Below the pieces are notes generated by a model. It ran no database searches, was not told where the DNA came from, and was given only the letters and a program-made list of their open reading frames with translations. From the NCBI GenBank assembly GCA_030390025.1, contig CM059431.1, positions 107,138,001 to 107,202,000 of the forward strand: 64,000 nucleotides of DNA, in the 5' to 3' direction. The position numbers were made by a program, and so were the translations under genes. Below are positions 24,733-37,094 of the stretch, piece after piece (the first letter of the stretch is position 1; every line of letters begins with the position of its first letter). The stretch comes from Squalus acanthias. Lineage: Eukaryota.

Positions 24733-25513
24733 GGGAGTGATTTTGCCAATAGGGGCGCGTTGGAGGCGGGACTGCTGCTGTCGGGTTTTATTCCCGCCTC
24801 CATCGACTTGTGGCCAACCCATGCTATTTTCCCTTGATTGACCTTGTTAAGCCTGCCCAGCGGGCTTAGCAGGCCAATTAAGGGGAGGCCGGTTACAGAG
24901 AACGCCAGCGTATGACGTTTCATATGTCAAAAATCTTTGACAGATGAATTGTCATCGTTTGACAGGTCTGTGAAGCTGTCAAACACTGACATTCTCTGTT
25001 GTTTGGTGAGTTCTTGTCCTCAAGGCTCACCAAACCTATTTTGTGAGCAGAAAGCAGATGGCTGTTGCATCGGAGAATGCAGCAGCCATTCTGTCATCTC
25101 TGCCATTGAGATGCCGGAGCCTCCGGATCCCCAACGATTGAAGCCTGCAGGAAGAGACAAAGGTAAGGAAACTTTTTCTACCACTTTTCACTCACCTCAC
25201 ATAATTACCTCTCCACACTTGCACCCATCACTCACCTCCACAGTGCACTTTTGGACCCCTCAAATCCCCGCAGACCCACTGCTCGCCTCGCTGACCCTGA
25301 CGGGGTTTCCCGACATCGGGAAGCCTGCACCTCTGCTGGAAAAATGGCTGTAATCCACTTCCAGACTCCAGGAGACGGGACCCGGCGCGGGTCGGGTACC
25401 CGCCTCCTGGGAAGATGGCACGGAGGCAGGTTGGGGGCGGGATGGGTACCCACCCCCAGATTCTGCCAACTTCCTGGCAGTCCTGCCTCCCCAGGGCTGG
25501 CAAAATCGCCCCC
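24733..25513. mobile_element. Harbinger-type MITE (same family as 1214-1896 and 56578-57445)
   Basis: TIR gggagtgattttgcca / tggcaaaatcgccccc; internal tttgacag..ctgtcaaa palindrome. Confidence 0.72.
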
Positions 25514-25677
25514 TACGTATTTGCTTTAATTTCTTGTGGTCAGCTACCATGGATATGCTGACGTTAACCATTCTATAGTGGGGGAGTGTGAATAACTGGA
25601 TTGTTCTTCGAAAGAGCTGGCGCAGATTCGATGGGCTGAATGGCCTCCTTCCGTGCTGTACTCTTCTATGATTGTAT

Positions 25678-28600
25678 GAAACATAGAAACATAGAAACAT
25701 AGAAGATAGGAGCAGGAGTAGGCCATTCGGCCCCTCGAGCCTGCTCCGTCATTCAATGCGATCATGACTGATCATCCATATTCAGTACCATGTCCCTGCT
25801 TTCTCCCCATATCCCTTGATCCCCTTAGCCTTAAGAAATATATCTAACTCCTTCTTGAATATATTTAATGAATTGGCCTCAACTGGCTTCTGTGGTAGAG
25901 AATTCCACAGGTTCACCACTCTCTGGGTGAAGAAATTCCTCCTCATCTCAGTCCTAAATGGCTTACCCCTTATCCTTAGACTGTGACCTCTGGTTCTGGA
26001 CTCCCCCGCCATCGTGAACAGCCTTCCTGCATCCAGTCTGTCTATTCCTGTTAGAATTTTATAAGTTTCAATGAGATCCCCTCTCATTCTTCTAAACTCT
26101 AGCGAATATAAGCCTAATCGACCTAATCTCTCTTCAAACGTCATTCCTGCCATACCAGGTATCAGTCTGGTGAATCTTCACTGCACTCCCTCCATGGCAA
26201 GAACATCCTTCCTCAGATAAGGTGACCAAAATTGCACACAATATTCAAGGTGTGGTCTCACCAAGGCCCTGTACAACTGCAGCAAGACATCCTTGCTCCT
26301 GTACTCGAATCCTCTCGTTATGAAGGCCAACATACCATTTGCCTTCTTAACCACCTGCTGCAGCTGTATGCTTACCTTCAGCGACTGATGCACAAGGACA
26401 CCCAGGTCTCGTTGCACTTCCCCTTTTCCCAATCTATTGCCATTCAGATAATAATCTGCCTTCCTGTTTTTGCCACCAAAGTGGATAACCTCGCATTTAT
26501 CCACATTATACTGCATCTGCCATGCATCTGCCCAATCACCCAACCTGTCCAAATCATACTGGAGTTTCTCTGCATCCTCCTCACAGCACACATGCCCACC
26601 CAGCTTTGTGTCGTCTGCAAACTTGGAGATATTGCATCTAGTTCCCTCGTCTAGATCATTAATATATATTGGGCCAGAAATTCGGCTTTCTGGCTTCCTG
26701 CGGGTGCAAGCATCGCGCGCGTACTTGCCTACCGCGCCTGCAGTTATGCACTGGGCCCACGAGGACTTCGGGTCCTGGGCCTCCTGCAGCTGCCGCCGTG
26801 CAGTGCTTGTGTATCCCAGGGGCGCAGTTAGTTCGAAGCGTCCCCTGGGATCACATGGGCCATGGAGAGCCAATCCTAGCAGGGCATTTTCATTCATAGA
26901 TTTGACAGGAAGACCTGTCAAATCTATGAATAGAGATCGGCCCCAAAACCACACTTAAACTTCAAATATTTTTTAAAAAAACATCACATTTTTAAAATAA
27001 CTATAAGTTACATAAATTAACTACTTTAAACAAAAATTTAAATTTTTGAAAAAATTAATTATACTTTTTAACGGTGCTGAAAATAAACTTACCTTTCTTT
27101 AAAGTATCTAAAAAAAGATAAAACTGTTGAAAAAATGTTTAAATTGTAATTAATTAACCACTTACCTTGTTAAAAACAGGCCTTGCGCCTCCTTTTTAAA
27201 AGCGCAGCTTCTTCATACTTACCTTCCCGGAGAAACCGGAAAAAAAACCTGAAGTTCGCTGCGTGCGCGCTGCCTCTCCCGCGCACGCGTTCAACTTCTG
27301 AACCCCTCCCTTCAGGGGAACGGATTTCCGGTTTCCCGCGCATGCGCAGTGCATGCAGGAAACCGACACTTCAGGTGGCCTTACGGGTGAGTACACAGCG
27401 TGTACTCACCCGACAACAGCCGAATTTCTGGCCCATTGTGAATAACTGGGGTCCTAGCACTGATCCCTGCGCTACCCCACTAGTTACTGCCTGCCACTCG
27501 GAAAAAGACCCGTTTATTCCAACTCTTTGCTTCCTGTCTGCCAAACAGTTTTCTATCCAAGTCAGTACCTTACCCCCAATCCCATGTGCTTTAACTTTGC
27601 ACGCTAATCTCTTATGCGGGACCTTATTGAAAGCCTTCTGAAAGTCCAAATACACCACATCCACTGGTTCTCCCTTATCTATTCTACCAGTTACATCCTC
27701 AAAAAATTCCAGTAGATTAGTCAAGCATGATTTACCTTTTGTAAATCCATGTTGACTTTGTCCGATCCTGTCACTGTTTTCTAAGTGCTCTGCTATTAGA
27801 TCTTTTATAATGGACTCTAGCATTTTCCCCACTACTGATGTCAGGCTTACCGGTCTATAATTCCCCATTTTCTCTCTAACACCTTTTTTAAATAGTGTGG
27901 TTACATTAGCTACCCTCCAATCCATGGGAACTGTTCCAGAGTCTATAGAATTTTGGAAGATGACCAGCAATGCATCTACTATTTCTAGGGCCACTTCCTT
28001 AAGTACCCTAGGATGTAGATTATCAGGCCCTGGGGATTTATCGGCCTTCAATCCCGTCAATTTCCCTAACACCATTTCCCTACAAATACTGATTTCATTT
28101 AGTTCCTCCCTCTCATTAGACCCTATGTTCCCCGACATCTCTGGGAGTTTATTTGTGTCCTCCTTTGTGAAGACAGAACCAAAGTATGTATTTAATTGGT
28201 CTGCCATTTCTTTGTTCCCCATTATAAATTCCCCTGATTGTAACTTCAACAATCTTTTTCTCTTCACATATCTATAGAAGCTTTTACAGTCAGTTTTTAT
28301 GTTCCCTGCAAGCTTACTCTCATACTCTATTTTCCCCCTCTTAATTAATTCCTTTGTCCTCCTTTGCTGAATCCTAAACTGCTCCCAATCCTCAGGTTTG
28401 CTGCTTTTTCTGGCCAATTTATATGTCCTCTCCTTGGATCTCATGCTATCCCTAATTTCCCTTGTTAGCCATGGTTGAGTCACCTTTTTTGTTTTATTTT
28501 TATGCCAAACAGGGATGAACAAATTCTATAGTTCATCCATGCGATCTTTAAATGTTTGCCATTGCCTATCCACCATCAACCTTTTAAGTAACATTCCCCA

Positions 28601-29180
28601 ATCTATCCTAGCCAACTCGCACCTCATACCATAGTAGTTTCCTTTATTTAAATTCTGTACCCTAGTCTCTGAGTCAACTACTACTTCACTCTCCATCTTA
28701 ATGAAGAATTCTATCATTTTATGATCGCTCCTCCCCAAGGGGCCTCGCACAACAAGATTGCTAATTAATCCTTTCTCATTACATAATACCCAGTCTAAGA
28801 TGGCCTGATCTCTAGTTGGTTCCTTGACATATTGCTCCAGGAAACCATCCCGTATACACTCTAGGAATTCCTCCTCCACAGTATTGTTACTAATTTGGTT
28901 AGCCCAATCTATATGTAGATTAAAGTCACCCATGATAACTGCTGTGCCCTTATTGCACGCATCTCTAATTTCCCATTTAATGCCATCCCCAACCTCAGCA
29001 TTACTGTTTGGGGGTCTGTGTACAAATCCCACTAACGTTTTCTGCCCTTTGGTATTGCTCAGCTCTACCCATACAGATTTCACATCATCAGAGCTAATAT
29101 CCTTCCTTACTATTGTGTTAATCTCCTCTTTAACCAGCAATGCTACCCCACCTCCTTTTCCTTTTTGCCTGTCCTTCCTG
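25678..29180 (-). mobile_element. 5'-truncated degenerate CR1 (ORF2 fragments) with MITE insertion
   Basis: ORFs 28526-29260, 27371-28522, 26178-26954 and 25782-26153 are APE/RT pieces; (AAACATAG)n tail. Confidence 0.93.
26671..27434. mobile_element. Harbinger-type MITE inserted into the CR1 RT
   Basis: TIR gggccagaaattcggct / agccgaatttctggccc; 3-bp TSD ATT; splits LFT|IYIND. Confidence 0.85.
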
Positions 29181-29599
29181 AATGAACCAGGCATGCAGTC
29201 AGGTCCCAAGACAACAGCAAGGTGTGTCCCAAAGACTTTCCCAGAGACAAAACCAGGCACTGAGCTGTAATGAGGAAAAATTAGGGAAGGTAACTTAAAG
29301 TTTTCAGGAGTGTTTTGAATAGGGGGCGAGAAGGAGCAAGACTGATGGGTTTAGGGACTACATTCCATAGTGTGAGGCCACGATGGCTGAAATCTCTGGG
29401 ACTAAAGGTGGGAGAAATGGGGAGGAGGGGAGCAAAAGAGGCTGGATAAAGTAGAGCAGAGGGTGAGTACTAGGATGTAGGGCTGAAGGAGGTTGCAAAA
29501 ATAGAGTCAATCTCCAACATAATTTGTAAACCTCTATCTGTATACAGCTGGTGGGGTGGTCGGCACCGCTGGGGCCTACCCACCTTTCTCCATCACATT

Positions 29600-29942
29600 C
29601 CCGGGCCGTGTGAGCCTTTACCTCTTTGCCAGATTTCCCGTGCTTCCCTCCCCCTCTGCTATTCTGCTATAACCATTTGCACCTCCTCTGGACCCATCTC
29701 TTTATTTCTTTACTGGTCCCATTACCACCTCCTTTTGCCATCATCCCTTCTGTCATTTAATCGCTACTCCCCTCCCCTTTTTTTGTTACCTCGCACTGTA
29801 TTTGCTTAAAAATTGTTAAATCCCTGACATCTTCCAGTGCTGATGAAAGGCCATCGACCTGAAACGTTAACTCTGTTTCCCTCTCCAACAGATGCTGAAA
29901 TGCCTGACCTGCTGAGTGTTTTCCAGCAGTTTCTGTGTTTAT
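29600..29942 (+). mobile_element. Penelope-like 3' (pLTR) fragment
   Basis: Resembles 60720-60880; contains a hammerhead core. Confidence 0.6.
29835..29873 (+). ncRNA. Minimal hammerhead ribozyme motif
   Basis: CTGATGA-aggcc/gacct-GAAACGTT. Confidence 0.6.
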
Positions 29943-31726
29943 AACTAACTTAAAATCCTTGTAGGTTTTCCCACACATTCTTATATAAAGTAATGGCATT
30001 TTGGACTGTTTTATAATGTTCAGATCTTGAGCGATAGGCGAGAATAAACAGCTTCAACATCAGCTGCAGCTTATTATGCTACCAAACCCATTGCTGTTCC
30101 TCCTGAGTACCTATTGCTTACATTTAAATGGCACTGATGATTTTTTGGAGAAAGCCTAACAATTGGGATCAATTCCTTTCTGCCATTGTGCCCGAATTGA
30201 CAGCCTTCAGTTGAATGGTGTTTGGTTGAGTAACGCATACTATTTTATCATCCAGATCTTATGTTGCAAACCATGCAAAACTGTAAGAAATGTTTGACAT
30301 AGGCTTTTTAATATGATCAGTTTGTAAGCTACTATGATGTTCAATTGAAAATAATCACTCTAGCCCACATTAACCTACGTGATTTGAGTTCACAGTGCTC
30401 ATTGATGTCTAGAGAAATCCCTCCCCCCTGTCAGCTCATGACTGCTCTCGTTATTTCTTGCAGTAAAGACTTTGGCACTGTGTGCTTGTTTCATCCTCAT
30501 TACTTGATGTAAGCAATCCTCTGAGAAAATGTCTGGAGGCAAATCATAGCTCCCTGGCCCTGAAAAAACTCACCGGTATACAAAAATGCAGCGTAGTTAG
30601 ATGCCAAATTAATCCAGCTGGGCCAATTAATATAAAGAAGGCATATGGGTTCAACCTTACTAAGTCAACTTCGATATGATCAAGAAAGGGAGATGTTTGT
30701 AAACGTATGCCTATAAAATACAGCCTTTCAATAAGCAGACCTGATCCCCCCCCCCTCACCCAGTAAAAAACCTTCTTCAAAACCAACTAACAGACTTTGT
30801 TAAACATCAAGAAGTCTGGTAATATTTTAATATCTAGCGATGAAAGTCTGAAAACGATTCTGACCTTGGCCAGGCAACATTTTAACACAATAACACTGCA
30901 CTTCAAGGTCAATTGTAATGCATGGCTAACAATTATTTGACACTGGTCTGGGATTGTGGTTCAGGTAATTGTCTATGGTACTTATGATTGATGACTCCAG
31001 GCACCCATGGTCTTCAGAAAAAAATTATCATTGCCACCCATGGATTAGCATGACACAAGGGCATGAGTGGGCTGTAAATTTGCATGCAATTATTGCTCGT
31101 TTTAAATGTTGGTAAAATTGTTTTTTCTTCAGTCAAAGCACAGTAGCATCTTCAATTGTAGTCAACCGGAATTTATCATTTTTTTAAAGGCAGCGTTGTT
31201 GCAGTTTAGTTGCGATCTTGATTAATGAAATTCTTTCTGTACTGAGAATAGGATTTATGGATCCAAGAATACAAAGTAAGTCGATTAGTCGAAAAAAGAC
31301 TTGAAGTGAATGCCCATAATACCTTCGATCATCTTTGTTAGTTAAAAAAGACATCTTCAATTGCAATAGAATTAAACTTATGAACCTTCAATTAGGCTAG
31401 AGCACTGCTTTACACTAAATGAAAAAATTGCAAAAATATGCCTACAATTTGGAGCAATTGATCACCATATTCTTGAGCTTAAGCAGTTATGAATGAATAA
31501 TGGCAAGTGATGGCCACTTTGTTAACATCCACTAGATGATTGTACTCAAAAAAATAGAAATGCTATCTTTTTATATATTTTGGTCCTTCTGAATTTCTAA
31601 TTCCTGACATCTCCATGTAATTCTACTTCAGTTGCTAGGAAGCACAGTCTGGATCCCAGATTTCTCTATAGCTGCTGTCAGTGCTGCTCTGTATCAGCCT
31701 AAAGCATTTGTACTTTATGGGGTAGG

Positions 31727-32128
31727 TTCTCATCCTTGTTTTCAAATCCCTCCACAGCCTCGCCCCTCCCTATCTCTGTAACCTCTTCAGCCCTACAAAC
31801 CTCCGAGATCTCTGCGCTCCTCCAATTCTGGCCTCTAGCGCATCTCGATCTTCATCGCTCCACCATTGGCGGCCGCGCCTTCAGCTGCCAAGGCCCTAAG
31901 CTCTGGAATTCCCTCCCATGACCTCTCTGCCTCTCTGGCTCTCTTTCCTCCTTTAGGATTCTCCTTAAAACCTACCTCTTTGACCAAGCTTTTGTCACCT
32001 GCCCTAATATCTCCTTATGTGGTTCGATGTCAGATGTTGTCTGAAAATGCTCCTGTGGAGGAGCATTATCATGGGATGTTTTACTATGTTAAATGTGCTA
32101 TATAAATGCAGGTTTTTGTTGCTGTTTT
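31727..32128 (+). mobile_element. L2-type LINE 3' fragment
   Basis: Similar to 11165-11536; GGRAFS..GPKLWNSLP. Confidence 0.85.
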
Positions 32129-32540
32129 GCGTGTTCAGATAGGTTTTCATGTAAGGGGTCATTTTCCGATGACACTTTCCCAGAAGGAAGCTTGCACGAC
32201 CAAAAAAGCAAAGTTGTTCTGCCCAAACACGGGGAAGAGATGCAGGGGGTAATTTTAACCCCTGAAGAATGGGTGGGTTTACTGTTGGTGAAAAGTAAAG
32301 GTGCTGTATAAATGCAAGTTGTTGTTGCTGTTGTGTAAGATGGAGCAATTTGCTATTGTGGGATTCTTTACCAAGTCTGACTAAAAGCAATTAGAACACA
32401 CCCATTGAGGAATGCAGTTCAAATAGCATTCCAACTGGGATCTGAGTGCAGATCTCTCAACAGTGGAGCCCAGCACGCTACCAGTAGAGTTACAACGTCT
32501 GAACCAAATGGATATATTCAAAAATGCTCCAAATATAACT

Positions 32541-33022
32541 GATTTACCAGAATGGTTCCGGGGATGGGGGATCTTAGCTACAAGGACAGGTTGGAGAAGC
32601 TGGATTTGTTTTCATTAGAGCAAAGGAGGTTGCGGGGTGATTTGATAGAGGTGTACAAGATTATGACGGGTTTGGATAGGCTAGACGGGGAAAGGCTGTT
32701 CCCACTAGTTGATGGTACAAGGACTAGGGGACACAGATTTAAGGTTTTGGGCAAGAGATACAGGGGGGACGTGAGGAAAAACTTTTTTACGCAGCGAGTG
32801 AGTGAGGACCTGGAACTCGCTGCCGACGGAAGTGGTGGAAGCGGAGACACTCAATGTTTTCAAGGGGAGAATGGATAGGCACTGGAGAGAAATAAACTTG
32901 CAGGGCTACGGGGATAGAGCGGGGGAATGGGACTGACTGGATTGCTCTACAGAGAGCTGGCATGGACTCGATGGGCCGAATGGCCTCCTTCTGTGCCGTT
33001 ATGACTCTATGACTCTATGACT
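32541..33022 (+). mobile_element. CR1 3' fragment, nearly identical to 1962-2430
   Basis: ORF 32552-32878; (ATGACTCT)n tail. Confidence 0.9.
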
Positions 33023-34889
33023 GATAATCTTGTTGTTTCTCCAAGAAGAAGAAGACAAACTTATAAATTGCTTCCGGCTTTAAAAAATGATGTAAAGCAC
33101 TTTTCAAATTTCAATATTCATAATCACACACAACTTAAAGTAATGATTTCCATATAAACAAGGTTATCATAATTTATTATGTAATGGTTTTATGATTAAA
33201 ACATAATTAGGGTGGTAATTATATTCACATTCAACCATTTTGTAATCTGTTAATCTCTATTCCCTGAATTCATGCTTTTTTTCAGTCACAGTTTCTGTTT
33301 TTGCTTTGTCATCTCCTTGATTTCTGGTCCTTTTATTGGCTGTCAAAAATTGTTGTCTGGGCTCACAGTACTGGATAATTCTCCAAAGCTTATGATATCC
33401 CGAAGGAATTGTTCGCATGGCACTTGGACATAGACAAGCTGGTAGACTGGGCAGATAAATGTCAGATGAACTTTAAAACAGAGAAATGTGAGGTAATATT
33501 TTTTGGGAGGAAGATAGACAGTGAGAAAATATACACTAAATGGTAAAACTTTAGAAGGGAGTACAACAGCAGAGAATCAAATGCACAAATCTTTAAAGTG
33601 GGAGGACAAGTTAATAAAGCTGTTGTTTTTAAAAGGAATGTATGGGATCCTAGAGGCACAGTGTAAAAAGCAAAGAACTAATGATAAACCTATACCGGTT
33701 TGCCTGCAGTTAGAATATTGTGTCCGGTTTATGTAGACGGAGCTGCTGTTATCACATGGTCTCTGGGATGTTTTAATGAATGGATTGAGGATAAAAAATG
33801 CAGGGGATAACCATTTTTGATTGATTCTAGTACCCTTGAATCTGATGTTATCAGTGTCATTGTGTGCAAGATTTCTATAATCTGTCCCTACAGTAGATAA
33901 TTAGTTGACTGGGTAAATCACTGGATGGCAGAGTTATGAGTTCGGTCCCATTGAAAATCGCTGGAGGAAGTGGCGGGAAAGGAGTCATAAATAAGGTATC
34001 TGCAGATCCCACCAACTTAGCTGCTGACCTCTTGAAATCGCCTTCTGCCTTTTCTGTCACACACTGCAATGCTGGATAGCTCTACAACAATAACTTGCAT
34101 TATATAGCGCCTTTATAATGATGATGTGGAGACAATGAAGTGGAACAAATGAGACAGGGGAAAAAAAGAAAATGTGGCTTTTTGACCCGGAAAATTGGGT
34201 ACTGGAGGGGTGTAGGGTAAACACCCCGTGCCGGAATGGTGCGGTCCGAGTGGCCCCTGATACTGGGCTTCTGACCTCTTGTCATAGAGCCAGCTTGGCA
34301 TTGCAGAGAGAAGAGTTTTGGAATATATCCAACTGACCTGTTTTCAATTGACTCAGTTTTGATCCAACTGTGTGATGTTGTGAATTTTGATGGATGCAAA
34401 TCATGTTACGTAGACTGACAAAGAATTTTAGAGCTCAGAAACAGGCCATTCAGCCCAACAGGTCTATGCCAGTGTTTATGGTCCACTTGAGCCTCTGCCC
34501 ACCTTCCTTCATCTCACCCTATCAACATATCCTACTATTCCTTGCTCCCACATGTACCTATCTAAGTTCTCCCTTAAATGCTACTGTGCATTAATGCAAA
34601 CCCCACCGTCTCCTAAATCAAGAGACAAACTCTTAAAAATCAAGAGATTTGGTATATAAATCATGAATTGCTTTTTTTCCCAAACATAAATCAACATAGT
34701 TTGACTGTTGGTTTCTAAACCTCATTAGTGGCTTAGTTATTTTCTGACAGGGCAGAGCTCTTTACAAAAACTACGGGCGGAATGTTCCCGTTTCCCCACC
34801 CACACGGTGCAGGGGGACCCGGTAGATGGTTCCAGGTTTCCCCGCAGGCTGTGGAGTTTTAACTCGTGCGTGCGTGTTGGCCATTTTCC

Positions 34890-35150
34890 GAGTTGAGGAA
34901 GAATTTCTTCACTCAGAGGGTTGTGAATCTTTGGAATTCTCTGCTCCAGAGGGCTGTGGATGCTGAGTCTTTGAGTATATTCAAGGTTGAGATAGATAGA
35001 TTTTTGGACTCTGGTGGAATCGAGGGATATGGAGATCGGGCGGGAAAGTGGAGTTGAGGTCGATGATCAGCTATGATCTTATTGAATGGCGGAGCAGGCT
35101 CGAGGGGCCGTATGGCCTACTCCTGCTCCTAATTCTTATGTTCTTATGTT
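34890..35150 (+). mobile_element. CR1 3' end
   Basis: RKNFFTQRVVNLWNSL; tail. Confidence 0.88.
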
Positions 35151-35516
35151 TTTATTAAGAGTACAGCAGATAATACTTTGTCGCACATTCTGGATCAGAA
35201 AGTGGTTTTGTTTCTCCGCATTAGGGAAAAAACATGCTTCACCCTAGCCTGATCATAAGGGAGAATCAGAAGTGTGGCAATCCATTTGCAAAGAGCTGGA
35301 TTCCACTTTACTTATGTCCCATTACATTTTTGTTAATAACCAGCACTTGCCCCCACCACTCATCCAGTTTTGTTACCCCCTGGCTGGAAATCAGTCCGTT
35401 CAGAATCTACTTGGTACTGGTTCCGCTCATTCACGATTGTTTCTCATCCTCAGATCCCCCTGTTTTAGCATGTGTTACAATTGATTCAGAATGGTGGTTG
35501 GCAAGAGCTTTTTTAT

Positions 35517-36192
35517 TGGCTCGTATTTCCTGATCGGAGGCTTCCTGCGTGCGGAGGCCTCCGATCTGGAAAAAAATCTACGCCCTTACCTGAGGGCTCC
35601 GGAGGTCCGGACATTTCCACTCCTGGGCCTCTGCTCTACGAAATGCGCAGGGCCCACGTATCCCAGGGGCGCAGGCGGTTCGTAAGCATCGCTGAGATCA
35701 CGTGGGCCATGGAGAACCAATGAAAAAAGGGAATTCCCTTCACAGTTTTGACAGGTCTCTCAGCTTAGACCCGTCTAAAGTATGAATGGAGATCAATGAA
35801 AAAACATATCAAAACATTAAATAATTTTTTTAAATCACGTTGTTAAAATTACATTAAATTAAATATTTTAAACAAAAATTTAATTTTTGGAAAAAAAAAC
35901 GTTTATTATGGGGCTAAAAATAAACGTACCTTTTTTTAAAGTATTTTAACATTATTAATGAGGGAAAATATTTTTTAAACTTTTTTAAACTCTTATGCTG
36001 GTAAAAGCAGGCCTTACACACCTTTTACCACGCGTAAGATTTTTTAAAGGTTTTCAGCGCTTGAATTCTTGACAGATCAGAAGTGCCGGTTTTCAGCGCA
36101 TGCGCTTCGCATGCCTGAAACCGGCACTTGCGAGGTCCCTACGGGTGTGTACACAGCTCGGACACACCCGTAGGAATCGGAAAATATGGGCC
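35517..36192. mobile_element. Harbinger-type MITE (diverged relative of 26671-27434)
   Basis: ggctcgtatttcc / ggaaaatatgggcc ends, AT-rich core, shared tttgacagg hairpin. Confidence 0.65.
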
Positions 36193-37094
36193 GTTATTGC
36201 AGTGGCTTCAGTTCTCCCACAGGAAAATTCTTTCGCAATGTTTGAATCGGGAAACACCAGCTTTACGAGTTTTGTGAAATGATCTGCAAAGGCAATGGGT
36301 AATCCATGTTGTGCAATGGCTTGGTAAAAAAAAACACTTCAGCATTTGTAACCTGACCTAAAGTTTGCTGAGTGGAGCTAAAAAATGCTTGTTGTTGACT
36401 GGTGCGTTTTCGAGGCCGCAGCCCGACTTACATGCTTGTAAGTTTCTCGGTGCTTGTTGAGGTTGTTGACTCCAGAATTCCCAATGCTGATGTCCTCAGA
36501 ACAAACAAGACAAAACGTACGTTCATCTGAAAGTCTGCTCTTTTTTACTGGGTAGGAACTGCTCCAGTCTGCATTTTATTTGCACCTGAAGTGGCGCCGC
36601 TTACTTTGATTTTCCTTTTCCGACATAACTAATCATGCGTATCACGCCAGTCGTAAAAAAAATCCTGAGATTTGAGAGTTCTATCGCAAGATCATGAGTA
36701 AGGCTTAATTTTATTTAGAAATCGCGTCTCTCGCGATAAATTCGCAAAAGTTAGCATCTCTGTCTATGATGTTCATCTCAACTACTCCATGTGGTAGCGA
36801 GTTCCACACTCTCACCACTCTGAGTAAAGAAGTTTCTCCTGAATTCATTATTAGATTTATAAGTGACTATGTTATATTGGTGTCCTCTAGTTTGGGACTC
36901 CTCCACAAGTGGAAATATCTTCTCTATGTTTACCCTCTCGAACCCCTTCATAATTTTATCTGCCAGGTCATTGATGAATTATTTACACTGTGAGGGAAAG
37001 GAAACCATTCATATTTGATGGTGTTTTAAGGAAAGTGGAAGGCCGCAAATTTGCCGATGCTCAGAGGGTGGGTTTGGAGGCGGGTCATAGATAA

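Noticed and set aside
30000..31700. Possible host exons in non-repetitive AT-rich stretches (also 12900-13650, 21200-22250, 49750-50500)
   Set aside because: No convincing ORF with paired splice sites or recognisable protein similarity
1962..33022. Segmental duplication suggested by near-identical CR1 pieces (1962-2430 vs 32541-33022)
   Set aside because: Flanks differ; explained by independent insertions of one young subfamily
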